Shown here: positions 12,857 to 26,835 of the stretch, piece by piece
Layout: every line of letters starts with the position of its first letter
Position numbering within the stretch: the first letter of the stretch is position 1
Assembly (NCBI RefSeq): GCF_018350175.1
Contig: NC_058368.1
Location: 219,172,001 to 219,236,000, forward strand
Reading direction: 5' to 3'
DNA from: Felis catus
Taxonomy: Eukaryota
DNA length: 64,000 nucleotides
Made by a program: the position numbers and the translations under genes
Notes under the pieces: generated by a model
Told to the model about the DNA's origin: nothing
Database searches by the model: none
What the model saw: only the letters and a program-made list of their open reading frames with translations

Positions 12857-14862
12857 CTTATAGCAGTTTGTAAAAAACAGTAATAATAGTACAGGGATGA
12901 CTGGAAGCTAGGAGTAAAAGAGTACATTTTGCTAAAATGGAAAAAAAATTGATAGTAAACATATATTCCCAAATTAGCCCTAAGAAATAGTTAAAAGGAA
13001 TATTTTGAAGTCATAACAAAAAAATGATAATTACAATAAAACTGATTTCTATTGTTAAAATTATTTGAATATTCTTATATTCCTTTCAACAATGATTACT
13101 TCTTGTTGTTTCTCTCTAAAATTTTATATATAAAGCTGCCCTTTGCATAAAAGTAATCCAAAACCATTGTTTCTATTAAATATATTGACTTCATATTTTC
13201 TCATATGTATGCAAATATATTGTTTACTTTTTGAGAAATAATAATTTTCCATTTGTTAATTATGCCTCTAAAAAAGAAAAATCTTAGAGCTGAAACAGGG
13301 CCATAATTTGAAGCTAAAATAAAATTATAAACTCCAAGAAGTATAATTTAAAAATTAGATTAATGTGTTCACCTGCAAGACCTTTTATTAATACCTAAGG
13401 AGACTGAGAAAAAAAAAATCCCATGTGATTTAATTATGATTCAAATTTTTCTACTTACAGGATGTGGCTGTTCTTGTCTATGAGATCAATAATATATTAA
13501 AAAGGTGTTCAATCTACATTCTGTAACTTAAATGGACCAAAATAAGAAACTGCTTGTTTGACTAACCCAAAGTAACCTAATATATTCTCAATATCTAATG
13601 AAAATCAATTATTTACTACTTATTGCTCATCTAACTGGATTAGTTGAGTTAGTGGTTACCCTCATTGAATTGCTTTCAAATTGAACTGCTGTTCAAATAC
13701 TAGAGCAGTCCTTGTTACCTGCTTTATTTAAATGTGGTGAAGCAGTGAGCTAACATAGAAGCAAAGACGTCAGGGATTTTTATGTGTAGTCATGACATAC
13801 TAAACTGATAAGAGTAATCTTAAATTTTCCATTCTTAATTAGCTTTCTAGCAGTTAATGCATGCAAACTTGATTATTTTGAAAACTTCTGGCAATATTTA
13901 TAGTAAAATGGAATTACTATTTTAGGTACTAGGTTTACAAATATTGTGTAACCAGTAGAAGCAGGAAGAAGGAGTCTTGCAATGAGAACTTAGGTGACCG
14001 TGCACAAGTACTTATATCCTCTAGTTTCAGGGCCCATAGTGGTGAAAGAAACTGTTGAGTTTAATTAGCAATTCCTAAAATGTGATTCTATGGAGAAATT
14101 CAATATAACTTTAAGTGGCACATGGATGAAATTTAAAAATTGTTACATCTAAAAATGAAGTAGGGAATTCAAACTATTTTTTAATATTTCAACTACAACT
14201 ACTGAACATAATCAATGAGTAAAAAGTATTTCATCCCTGGAATGGAACGCTCAATGTTGCTTTGCATATGTGGATATTTCATTATAGATAGAAAGAGAAA
14301 AATTAACCTGAACTATCTCTCAGTATAAAAAGTAATGACCATGACTGAAAAAAATATTGGTCTAAGCACAGTTGAAATGGCTAATGAATTTTCTCAGTAG
14401 GGACCTTACATTTTAAATATTTCTTCACATATACCACTTTATGGTATCCTAAACCGAATATTACTCATCATTTTCAAGGGATAGGAGAATTGATTTTTCT
14501 AAATAAGGGTGAATAGCAGTGACTAAAAAGATATATAGGAGAATCCATGTAAAAACATAAAGAAATAGCAAAACCCTAGAATTTTTATAGTGATTTAAAC
14601 AATCATGTTCTCTATAACACAAAAATAAGACAAAATGCATGCTTGCAAACACTGAATCTTTAGAAAATATATAATATTCACTGCACATTTGGCAATATTT
14701 TATCTACTTTGCTCAGTTTGAGAATGGGTTACATTAGTAAATAGGGAATCATTTAATTCAGTACTCTTTTCTAAAATTCACTAAGTTTAAAATTTCTATT
14801 TCACTATTAATTGAAAGCTAAAGCTAAATGGGTATTTATTGCAAGAATTAATATAACATTAA

Positions 14863-14968
14863 TATACATATGTGTGTGTATGTGTATATATATATATATA
14901 TATACACATATATATGTGTATATATATATGTATATATATACATGTATATATATATATAGAGAGAGAGA

Positions 14969-15006
<38 letters not shown>

Positions 15007-15017
15007 TATATATATAT
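14863..15017. repeat. Compound (TG)/(TA)/(GA) microsatellite
   Basis: Directly visible dinucleotide runs. Confidence 0.95.
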
Positions 15018-15063
15018 TCTAAGGTATCTGAGACTATTTTGCCTGAAAATTTCCTTGTAACAC

Positions 15064-15298
15064 ATAGTCAGCAAACTCATAAAGAAGTCAGGTAGTAAAT
15101 ATTTTAAATTTTGTGGGCACTTGGTCTGTATGACAAATTCTTAAGTCTGTCACTGTAATATGAAAACAGCCATAAAATCTACATAAGGAATGGGGGGGGG
15201 GATTTTTTCCAATAAAACTTTATTTACAAAAACAGGCAACAGGCTACATTTGGACCTCTGGACAGATTTGGTCCATGGGTGGTATCTTACTGATCCAT
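15064..15298 (+). mobile_element. hAT-Charlie MITE (MER58A-like)
   Basis: gtcagcaaact..., ggtagtaaatatttta..., ccaataaaactttatttacaaaaacaggc is a characteristic MER58 motif set. Confidence 0.75.
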
Positions 15299-17150
15299 TT
15301 TAATGCAACAGGACATGCAGTATTAAAAATTATTTCTATGAAAACTCTTAGCTATTCCCTACACAAAATCAACTGTAAGTCAGTAAGTATCAATGTATTA
15401 TTGTCCTCATTTTATACAGTCTTTGTGTAACTATGTCCATACTCATCTCTATAAAGTGCAACACATTCTAATTAAGTTTGGTGAAAAAAATTCTGAATAT
15501 TTTCAAACTTTTAGAAGTTTTACTTGGTTATTTAAACCTGAAGGGAGAATAGAGAAAGATAATTGCAACTAACAAACATGTAAATGCAGATAATATGGGT
15601 TAATACTAGTTACAGACTACTCAGTAGCATTTAAGTTTCTAGAACCTAGGTTTATTATTTTCAAGTGTAAAAGCAGTACCTCAGAATAATCTTTTATATT
15701 AGAAACCTGTTTTTGAAAAAGGTGAGCTGTAACCAATGTGGGCTTACGTATCAGCCTCCCATATAGACCATGAAAAGCTCTATTAGCACATTTCCTAATT
15801 ATTCATTTTCTTATTGAAAAATCACAATAAAATGAAGTTTTTTTTTTCTTTAACAGTATAAGGAATAGTAAATCAATTTATCCTACATGAAAATAGGAAA
15901 AAAAAATAGTTGGCTACATAATTAATTTGACCACTGGCTAATAGAGTGAAAACTCACACACAGTAAAAAAAACCAAAATAAAAATAAATATATATATAAT
16001 TTATAATATATGTTATTTATAAATATATTTATATTTGTATTATATTTATATATTTATTTTTATATTTCACCTAAATACCTTAGGAGAATAAAGGCTAAAG
16101 ATTGCAACCTATTGTAGCCAGAAATGTGCCTCAAAACTGAGGGCATGTTCTGGAGGAATTTTGTAAAAGGTAAGGCTTATATATTTCTTAAAAAAATTTG
16201 TTTTTTATATAATTTAAAAATACTACAACTAACACAGTATCATAAGAGTGACTTCTTTGACCTACATTTACATATGTACTTTCATGACTTAGAGAAAGAC
16301 AAATACAAACGTATTTCATTTAGAATACTGAGTTTGAAACTGCTGGGAAGAAATGCTCACCACTGCAGGTAGATCTATTTGAGTTAAGTTGGAGGAATAT
16401 GGAAACATGATCCGAACTAAAGGACAATGAAAGGATCTGTGGCCTGCCTTGGTGTCCTTGCAAAGGGGAAGTGTCAAGACCCAAAAATTCAACATAGGTT
16501 TCAAATTCAACTTGTTCACCAGCTATATATACTGCTAGGGAAAAAAGGTGAGTAAGCCATTGACCATCCCCTTAAAGGTCTTAGTAAGGTAAGTTAATCA
16601 TCACTGTCACATTACCATGAAGCAGAGCATGGGGGATGGGCCCAAAGACTTTGTTGTATAGATAGGAAAAAAATGCATTATGTCTATAATCAGGGTACTT
16701 ACACAATAAATAATTTTTGAACTGAACTGAGATTCAGGTCCATTATTCAGTTTCATATAGTGACATCTAGAGTGCATTATGTATAGAAGTTTTATATAAT
16801 GAGATAAGGAGGGGGAAAAACAAAACAAAAGAGAATATGTAAACCTGGAATCAAGAAACTTACCACCATGGGGGGAAAAAGGGCAAAACAAAACAAACCC
16901 TTTTTTAAGATATTAATTTTAGAGGATATAGGCTGGTTATTTAGTAGAATGTTCCTTATTCTGGCCTTTTTCTAATGAAGAAAACACAATTTATTTATCC
17001 AATCTATACAGCTGTTTGGATTCTTCCCAGTTTGACTATTATGAATGTTTAACAATATGCACATTCATGTACCTGACTTTCTGTTGTCCATATACCTATC
17101 AAATATGTACCTTGCAGTAAAAGTGCTGAGTCATTGACTATGCATTTGCA

Positions 17151-17390
17151 TTTTGTTTGTTTGTTTGTTTTTAGAGTACATAATTTATTTAAGTTCCAGT
17201 TAGTTAATATACAGTGTAGTATTGGTTTCAGGAGTAGAACCCAGTGATTTATTACTTACATACAACACGTATTGCGCATCCCAAGTGCCTTCCTTAATGG
17301 CCATCACCCATTTAGCCAATCCCGTCCCACCTCCCCTCCAGCAACCCTCAGTTTGTTCTCTGTAAAAACAGACAGGGAGGCAAACCAACA
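17151..17390 (-). mobile_element. Short carnivore L1 3' end with a tiny 5' inversion
   Basis: gttagttaatatacagtgtagtattggtttcaggagtagaa...cagcaaccctcagtttgttctctgta, followed by aaaacagacagggaggcaaacca, the adjacent L1 segment in opposite orientation. Confidence 0.85.
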
Positions 17391-17854
17391 GAGAGGGGGG
17401 TAAACCTTAATTTGACTTTATCTCATGTTTTCTCATCATTAGATCCTGGTAACCCATTTTGGCCAGAAAATAACAGAAATGCTGATGTGTCCTTCTCACT
17501 GAATTATATTAAGAGCCATTTGACATCTCATTATTAGTGATGATAACTCTTATCACTTGGTCAAGGCAGTGTCTGTTAAGATTTGCTGTTATAAAGTTGC
17601 CATTTTACTCTTTCCACCACTAAATATCTACAGGAAATAATTTAGGATTCTGTAAATATCTTCTTTTTCATCATACTTTTGACCAATAGCTTTAACATCC
17701 ATTGATGATTTTCGCCATTATGTTTTGTAACTATTGCATTTTCCAAATTGTGACTTTCCATTTCCATCTCTGTTTCTGCATTTTTAGGTTGAAATTTTGC
17801 TGTAAGGAGAAGCTTTCCCTCTATGTCACTTATTTATTTATTAAATTGTGTGTG

Positions 17855-18126
17855 TATATATATAATATATATTATATATAATTATATTATATATATAATA
17901 TATATTATATATATAATTATATATAATTATATATGATATATAATTATATATAATATATATTATATATAATTATATTATATATATAATTATATATATTTAT
18001 ATATATATAAATTATACATATATTTATATATATAATTTATATATAATTATATATAATTATATTATATATAATTATATTATATATATAATTATATTATATA
18101 TAATTATATTATATAATATAATTATA

Positions 18127-18173
<47 letters not shown>
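17855..18173. repeat. Almost pure A/T low-complexity tract, (TATAA)n/(TA)n
   Basis: About 320 bp with only a few G/C bases. Confidence 0.95.
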
Positions 18174-18175
<2 letters not shown>

Positions 18176-18427
18176 CAGTATGGGCTCATGGGTTCTTACT
18201 TTGTTAATGGGTTATAATATGTTACTGTCATTATTTGTGTGATGATCAAATAGTCCCCAGTTCAGCTACTTCAAGATGATTGCTGTTTTCATTTAACATA
18301 ACTTTACCATTCTTTAGTCACTTCCTTATTGGCTTGCACTCCCAGAAAATGTCAAGATCATGAAAGACAAAAGCAGATTGAAGGGCCATTCCAGATTAAA
18401 TTAAAAATTAATTATAACTGAATGCAG

Positions 18428-18430
<3 letters not shown>

Positions 18431-18465
<35 letters not shown>
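18431..18465. repeat. (CA)n microsatellite
   Basis: Directly visible. Confidence 0.95.
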
Positions 18466-18468
<3 letters not shown>

Positions 18469-19017
18469 CTATATTAAATTCACAGACTGAATTTTCTTTT
18501 ACTATAAAATAAACTAGTAAGCAATTGGCAAAATTTGAATGTAGAAGAAATCATAACATTGTAACAGTATGTGTACCTGGCTTTGACCATTATAGCATAC
18601 ATATGTAACATATTCTTGCTTTTTGGAGATATACATATGGACACATTAAGAGGTAATGGAGCATCATGTCTAAACTTACTTTTAAGTCTTTCAACATTTC
18701 AGAAAGAGACACATAGAAATTTTGTTTCTAATGTGGGAAACGTTTAACATTTAGTGATTCTGTGTGAAGGGCACATGGTGATACTTTGGATTAATCTGGA
18801 AATTTTATTTAAGTGTGAAATAATGTCAAAATAAAACACAATTTAAAAAAAATACAAGTTCAGAGATCAGCCATGCTTCCATGTGCACAAGTATATATAC
18901 ATCCATATCCATATATGTTTACTCAGCACAAGAGGTTACAGTGCTTGGAGATCGAATGGTTTGTGTTAGATTATTACCTGGCAGAGCCAGGTATCCCCCT
19001 AGATACAAGAAATATGG

Positions 19018-19020
19018 TTT

Positions 19021-19063
<43 letters not shown>
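19018..19063. repeat. (TTTA)n microsatellite
   Basis: Directly visible. Confidence 0.95.
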
Positions 19064-21695
19064 CTTGCTTAATAGTTTTGATTTACTCCAGGCTTTGGAA
19101 AGAAATGACATAACCTCTCAACTCCAGTCCTGTTTAGGGAAAGAGAAAAAAAAAAAAAAAAGCTTTCTGAATGGTAGCAAAAATTTAATGTCTAGTCTAG
19201 AGCTATCATAGATAAATTAACAGCTTTCCAGCCCAAATTCTGTATAATACATTGAGAAGATTTTGTTACTTGTGAGCAGTATAAAGATTAGTGGTACAGA
19301 TTTTTGTAATAATAAGACAATATTCCATAAGTTATATTGATATGAGCATGAATATTAAGTATAAAAGAACAGATTGAATTAAAATAAGATATATTTACTT
19401 TACCCTTAATTTTAAATGCTGAACTCAGTTACATTCCTAAGCTTTTTTTGTTTTCTGGAACTTAATTATATCTTTCAAAAGTTTATCTTTCCTAGACAAA
19501 ATTTTGATCTGTGCTATTTACTAATGACTTTAGTACAGATATTTTGCTAAAAATATAGATTGCTTGGCAACAATCCTGTTTTATGGTAACTACCAAAAAT
19601 GACATTGTCTGATGTTTAAAATTAGTCCACCTTAAAAAAAAAGGCAGAAAGTTGAAAGCCAAAAAAAAAAAAAAGTGGGAAGTCAAACATTTAAGAAGAT
19701 ATGTAAGGTGAATCCCATTTAATCTCAATCGTAGAACCAGAGTTAAATTGTCTATTGTTAGGTTCCAAGGTCATTAAAAAAGATGTTTAATTTTAATCCT
19801 GTGTGTACATTTTACATTTTACCCAGAGACATCATCTGAACTATAAGAATTCATTCATTGCCCATGGTTAATATTCAAGAAATTTGCAAATCTTGTGAAT
19901 TCGGATGTAAAATATTTTTGTGTGCATATGTGATTTATCATTTAATACACCCATGGGTAGAACTTCTATAGCTTTTATTAGACTCTCAAGTGGGCCTGTG
20001 GTGAAAAGGTTTATTATATGGCCAATTCATATTTTTATCACAATGGATTCCTCAGAGTGTTCTCTGAACTGTATCCTTTTAAAGTAGATTGTATAGTCTC
20101 GTAACAATAAAGTAATTGAGATTGCTTTCTTTATCAAAAATTTAATAATCAGCAAAGCATGCATCTAACCATCAGATAGCATAAAGTTTAAGATGCACCA
20201 AAAATAAAAGCCTTTAAATTTTACAATTAGAAAATAGTGCTTCACGATCAATAAAATTAAAGCACACATGACCTTCTTTTTAACTACACTAGGGTCATAG
20301 GATAGTATAAAATGTGCCTATAGCACATAAAAAAATAACTTGAGTGCTACATAAAATTGCCTGAAACATGTGCTAGTTCTGGCAACATATTGTTAGGCAT
20401 CTCAATTCAGTAGGATAAGCACTAATATTGTAGGTATGAGCCCTTAGATAAACATTAAAAGGATTTTATGTTATAAATGGGGAAAAACATGACTTTCATA
20501 TCTTATAAATCAAATCAGTAGCACAATGACAACAAGAAAAGGAAATGAAACTTGAGTTTCAACATAAGCAGGAGATTCTATACAATTACTTACGGAGAAG
20601 GGCTACAGCACACAGCTGATACCCAATAAGGTTTCAGAAAGATGCCTAAAATGCATGATCCCAAGAATAATTCTCAGACTAAGTTCTCCGAAGCAAGTTA
20701 CCCATACAAAGAGAGACAACAACAAGAACAAAACAAACCAACAAACAAAATCCTTCTTTAAGACAAGAGCAAAGATTTGTAAGGGCTGGTGGTGACAGCT
20801 TCTGTGGACTCTCTTTTAATACAATAGAGAAGAATCAGGGACAGTTTGGGTACTGAAGAAACATACAAATTCTTGCAAGTCTGTTATTTATGGAGTCTCT
20901 AAATGAGGAACAACTCTGAGGTTGGCAAACTGTTGGCTTGTGGAAAATAAAGGGCTAAAATAAATCATTTAAACACAAGCATTTCTGCCTTGAACACTGG
21001 CTTCTCCATGCGTTGATACATATATCCTGCTAATAGCAGGTCATAAAAGAGCTCATATCATTAAACAGTGTTTGGTACTCGTTATGTGCAAACATTTGCA
21101 CAAAACAGAAAAATAATCTATGAGAACACAAGAGAAAGGAAAAAGAAAACGAAAATAGCAGACAACTTTGACAAAATATTTTTAAAAAGGTTGCCAAGAG
21201 GACAAATGAGATATGCAAAAGCTTAAGGGAGAACTGTCAAAGCATCTGAAGGAGAGGGTTGTGATTTAGCAGAACTCAAGATGAAATTACAAGAAGAAAT
21301 TAAATGGTCACATTCTAAAATATGAATAACAAAAATAGTGCCAAAAACATTACAATCCCTGTAGCCATTCTAACATGTCTGAGATGATAGTTCATTGTGG
21401 CTTTGATTTGCATTTCCCTGTTGATTAGCAATGTTGAGCGTATTTTCATAGACTTGTAGGCCACTTCTATGTCTTCTTTTAAAAAGTACCTTCAATTAAT
21501 TTCTTATTTTTAATTGAATTGTTTTTTGCATTGAAGTTTGGGAGTTCTTTCTATATTTTGGAGATAAACCCCTTATCACATATAGGCTTTTCTAGCAGTT
21601 TCTCCCATTCCATAGATGGCCTTTTTACTTTCTGTTTTGTTTTTTGTTTTTTTGTTTTCTTCTGTGCAGAAGCTTCTTAGTTTAATGTTTTTGTT

Positions 21696-21734
<39 letters not shown>

Positions 21735-23240
21735 GCCTTTGCTATCTTTGTTGTTGGTGTATATACAAGAAATCATTTCCTAGATCCCTGTCAAGAAACT
21801 TTTCCATTTTTCTTGGATTTCAATGGTTTCAGATCTGACATTTAAGTTTAATCCATTTTGAATTATTTTTTTGTGTGTGTAATATAGGATAAAGTACCAA
21901 TTTAATTCTTTTGGATGTTGATATTCAGTTTTCCCTACATCATTTACTAAAGAGACTATCCTTTCCCCATCATGTTATTCTTGGCAGGAATTCTTGTTAA
22001 TGATCAGTTCACTATATATGCATGAGTTTATTTGGGGGCTCTCTATTCTGTTCCATTATTTTTTATGTCTATTTTTATGCCAATACCATACTCCTTTGAT
22101 ATTAGGGCTTTGCATTATATTTTAAAATCAGGAATTGTGTTGTTTCTAGCTTTGTTCTTTTAGCATGAAAATGCTTTGACTATTTGGTGTCTCTCTTGGT
22201 TCCATAGAAAATATTTTAGGATTATTTTTTCTATATGTAAAAAGTGTCTTTGAGATTTTGATAGACTTGCATTGAATTGTAGATTGCTTTAGGTAGGTAG
22301 ATGGATATTTTAATAATATTAATGCTTCCAGTCCATGAACACAGGATGTCTTGCCATTTATTTGCATCTCCTTTAATTTCTTTCATTAGTGTTTTATAGT
22401 TTTCAGCATATAGATTTTTCACTTCCTTGTTTAGGTTTGTTCCTAAGTATTTTTTTTTCTTTTGTGTGCTTTTGTAAATAAATTGTCTTCTTATTTTTCT
22501 GTTGGATACTTCATTGAGGATATGTAGAAATACAATGGATTTTTGTATATTAATTTTGTATCCTGCAACTTTTCTGAATGTATTAGTTCTAACAGTGTTT
22601 TGTAGAGTTTTTAGAATTTTCTGCATATAAGATCTTGTTATCTGCAAACAGATCATTTTGCTTCTGTCCTTCTGATTCAGATGCTTATTTGTTTTTCTTG
22701 ACTAATTGCTATGTCTAGGAGTTCCAGTATTATGTTGAGTAGTAATGAAAATAGTAGGCATCCTTGCCTTATGCCTTATTCTAAATTAGAAGAAAATCTT
22801 TTAGTTTCTCACCACTAAGTATAATGTTAGCTATGGGTATTCGTATATGGCTTTTACTGTGTTGTAGTAAGTTTCTCCTGTGCATAATTTTTTGAGAATT
22901 TTTACCATGAAAGGGTGTTCAATTTTGCCAAATCATGTTCTGCAGCTACCAAGATGATTATGTGATTTTTGTCCTTTATTCTATTAATGTGGAGTATCTA
23001 ATTAATTGATTTTTGTATGTTGAATGATGCTTATATCCCAGTGACAAATTCCACTAGGCCATGGTGTATGAGTATTTTAATGTACATTGAATTTGGCTTG
23101 CTAATATTTTGTTGAGGAATTTTGCGTTTATGTTCATCCTTTTGTAGTGTTTTTCTGGCTTTAGCATCAGGATGATTTGGGCCTCATAAAATGAGTTTGG
23201 GAGCTTTCTGCTTCTAATTTTTTGTGAAAGTTTAAAAAGG

Positions 23241-23285
23241 ATATATATGTGTGCATATATATTTATATATATGTATATATATATG

Positions 23286-23367
<82 letters not shown>

Positions 23368-23370
23368 TAT
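23241..23370. repeat. Compound (TA)/(CA)/(TA) microsatellite inside L1
   Basis: Directly visible. Confidence 0.95.
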
Positions 23371-23845
23371 GTAATATATTTGGTAGATTTCATCTGAATC
23401 CATCTGGTCTTGGGCTTTTCTTTGTTGGGAGAGTTTTGGTTATTGATTCAATCTCTTTATTTGTTATTGGTTCATTCTTTTTGATTCAGTCTCAAAGGCT
23501 GTGTGTTTCTAGCAATTTATCTATTTCTTCTGCATTATCCAGTTTGTGGTCATGTAATTATTCATATTAGTTCTTAACTATCTCTGGCATTGGTTGTAAT
23601 GTCTCCTCTTTTCATTTTTCATTTTAGTTATTTGAGTGTTCTTTTTATCTTAGACTAGTTTAGAATTTATTGGTTTTATTTGTTCAAAAAATGAGGCTTT
23701 AATCAATTTTTCTATTGTGTTTCTATTCTCTACTTCACTTATTTTTACTTCTAATCTTTATTGTTTCCTGTCTTCTTAGTTCCTCTTTTCCTAGGTCTTT
23801 GAAGTATGAAGTTGGGTTGTTTGCTTGAAATCTTTCTACTTAATC

Positions 23846-24075
23846 TTTTAACTTTATTGTTTTAATTAAAAATTGTATGTATTGAAATGTACAACATGAA
23901 GCATTATTATTATAGTCAAGCTTTTAACGTATCCATCTTCTCACATAATTACTGTGTGTGTGATAAGAGCACATAAACACTACTCCCCTAGCAAATTTCT
24001 GGTATATAATACTGTAGCTATAGTACTAGAGCTATAGTCATCATGTTATACATTGGATCTCTGGACTCTTTCATG
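23846..24075 (-). mobile_element. Nested L1 3' end fragment (L1MA-like)
   Basis: tgtacaacatga..., tactcccctagcaaatttc, catcatgttatacattggatctctggac; interrupts the host ORF2. Confidence 0.65.
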
Positions 24076-24341
24076 TAAATGTTTACATGAATTACATCAA
24101 CATCATGCAGATGTTACATAGCTCCCTCTTAGTACCGCATTTGCTGTATTCCATAAGTTATGGGTTTTTTTTTTAATATTCCTTTCTCCTAGATAGTTTC
24201 TAATTTCCCTTTTGAAATCTTCCTTGACCCAATGGTTGTTCCAGAATATACTGTTTAATTTCCCTGTATTATGAGTTTTCCCAACTTCATTTCAATATTG
24301 ATTTCTAATTTTATTTCATTGTTGTTTGAAAAGACAGTTAG

Positions 24342-24568
24342 AGGGACACCTGGGTGCCTCAGTCGATTGAGTGTCCAACTCTTGGTTTAGGTTCAGGTCA
24401 TGATCTCACAGTTTCGTGAGTTCAAGCCCCACATTGGGCTCCACACTTGACATTCCAGATCCTGCTTGGGATTATCTCTCCTCCTGTCTCTCTGCATTCA
24501 CAGTGCCTCCCCCATTCTCACTGTCCCTGTCTCTCTCAAGATAAATTTTTAAAAAAGTTTTAAAAAAA
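24342..24568 (+). mobile_element. Can-SINE nested in L1
   Basis: gggacacctgggtgcctcagtcgattgag...ctctctcaagataaa plus A tail. Confidence 0.9.
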
Positions 24569-25139
24569 GAAAATATAGAATTATTTCAATCTCCTTATTT
24601 TGTAAGACTTATTTTGTAACCTAGCATGTGACCTATTCTAGAAAATGTTCCGTGTATGCTTAAAAAGAATGTATATTCTGCTGATGTTGGGCAGAATGTT
24701 CTGTATATGTCTGTCAGGTCTGTTTTGTTTATAGCGTTGTTCAAGACTGTTGTGTCCTTATTGATTTTCTTTCTGGATGAATTATCCATTATTTAAAATG
24801 AGGTATTGAAGTATCCTACCATTATAGTATTTGTGTCTATTTCTCCCTTTAGATCAATTGATATTTGCTTTATATATTTAGGTGCATTGATTTTGGATGC
24901 ATATGTATTTATAATTTTATATCTTACTTTTGAACTGGCTCTTTTATTGTTATGTAATCACCTACTTTGTCTCTTGTGATAGTTTTTGATATATACTTTA
25001 TTTTATCTGACATAAGTATAACCACCAAGCTCTTTTTATTTACATTTGCATGGAATATCTTTTCCTATCCAATCCCTTTCAGCTTATGTATTGTCTTTAA
25101 ATCTAAGGGAATCTCTTCTAGACACTATATAGTTTACTT

Positions 25140-25760
25140 CTTTATATTTTTAATTTTTTTAAATAAAAAGTATATAAATTTGAGAGGCTAAACATGATGA
25201 TTTGATAGGCATACACATAGTGAAATGGTTATCATAGTCAAACTAATTAGCATATAGATCTCCGTACATAGTTATCATCCGTGTCTGTGTGTGTTGAGAA
25301 CACCAGAGATCTATTTTCTAAGGAATTTTCCAAAATAAAATGCAATATTATTAACTATATTTACCATGATGTACACTAGATTTTTATAATTTAATAATCC
25401 TATGAAACTGTAACTTTGTACCCTTTAACCAATATCACCCCCGTTTTCCCCAGAATAACCTCTGCTTCTATAAATTCAACTTCTGGAGATTCAATATATA
25501 CTTATAGTGAGATCATGTAGCATTTTTTATGTGTCTGGTTTATTTTCCTTAGCATAATGTTCTCTAGCTTAATCCATGTTGTCACAAATAGTAAGATCTC
25601 CTTCTTTTTCGAGGGTGAATAATATTCCGTTATATATACATAATATATATACATATATACATATACATACATATATATACATATATGTATATATATGTAT
25701 ATATATAGTACTAATATAATTTCCTTTGGATATACACCCAGAAGAGTGATTGTGGTAAGT
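25140..25760 (-). mobile_element. Nested L1 3' end (L1MA-like) with (TA)n
   Basis: atacacatagtgaaatggttatcatagtcaa, gtgagatcatgtagc, ttcctttggatatacacccagaag. Confidence 0.7.
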
Positions 25761-26327
25761 ATTCTTTTTTAATCCAATCATCCCACTGTCTTCTTTTTCC
25801 AGTTGTATTGAAATATAACTGACATATAATGTTGTGTAAGCTTAAAGTGTACAATATGATGATTCAGTTACACATATATATTGTGAAATAATTACCACAC
25901 TAGGCTTAGTTAGCACCTCCATCACCTCACATAATTATCATTTCTTTTTTGTGGTGAGAACATCTAAGATCTACTCTCCTAGCAACTTTTAGTATATAAT
26001 ATAGTATTGTAAACTATAATCATCATGTTATACATTTATACATTCAATCTTCAGAACTTATTCATCTTGTTACCAGAAATTTATACCCTATGATGCATAT
26101 TTCTTTATTTCCCCCATCCCCAGTTCCTGGAAACTACCATTTTAGTATAAGAGTTCAGTTTTTTTTGATTCCATATACAAGTGATATAATATAATATTTG
26201 TCTTACTATCTATATCTTATTTCATTAAGCACAATGTTCTCAAGCTTCATCCCTGCTGTCACAAATTGCAGAATTTCCTTCTTACTCATGGCTGACTAAT
26301 ATTCCATTGTAAATATATATACCATAT

Positions 26328-26835
26328 TGTCGACCTCAATGGCCTTTGGACCTGGGGCTGCAAAGGAACTGAGAAAAAGAGATGACAGTATGGTGATGCA
26401 CAGGGGACCCCGAGTCAACACCCTGAGGAACCAAGGTTTATTGTACATCTTCTTATATACATTTTCAGGAAAAACAGATAAGCAATGATTAACAACAGAA
26501 GCTTAGCAAAGCATGTCAATAATGTACATCTGATTCAGTTATTGTACGTATCTTGCTTATGAGAGCAGTCTTGCAGATACACATGTTCCAATAAGAATCT
26601 TTATGACAGAAGCAAAGACAAAGAAGGGAGTGAATGCACTGTGCTATATACAGCTTGCTTCCTTTAAGCAAAATATCCCTATCTGCGTACTAAAGAACAG
26701 GCCACATTTCCCAAGGGCAATTCACTCAAGTCTTTTCAGGTTATTTTTAATCTTATGATCTGGACTTTTCTCAGAGATCTTGGAGCCTGAATGAATATGA
26801 GCCTATATGGTCATTGTGATATTCTGTTTCCCATA
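26328..26835 (-). mobile_element. Solo LTR, ERV2/betaretrovirus-like
   Basis: Exact 6-bp TSD CCATAT (26322-26327, 26836-26841). The minus strand starts TATGGGAAAC (TGTGGG-like) and ends ...CGACA; TATATAA at 26459-26453 and AATAAA at 26442-26437. Confidence 0.8.

Larger units (their letters stand above)
16900..18850. mobile_element. Ancient L1 (L1MC/L1ME-like) 3' UTR fragments in both orientations
   Basis: cttatcacttggtcaaggcagtgtctg (minus) and aaaatgtcaagatcatgaaagacaaa (plus) resemble L1MC 3' ends. Confidence 0.55.

Noticed and set aside
13461..13522. Acceptor plus open frame DVAVLVYEINNILKRCSIY
   Set aside because: Weak donors, no homology recognised and no linked exon.
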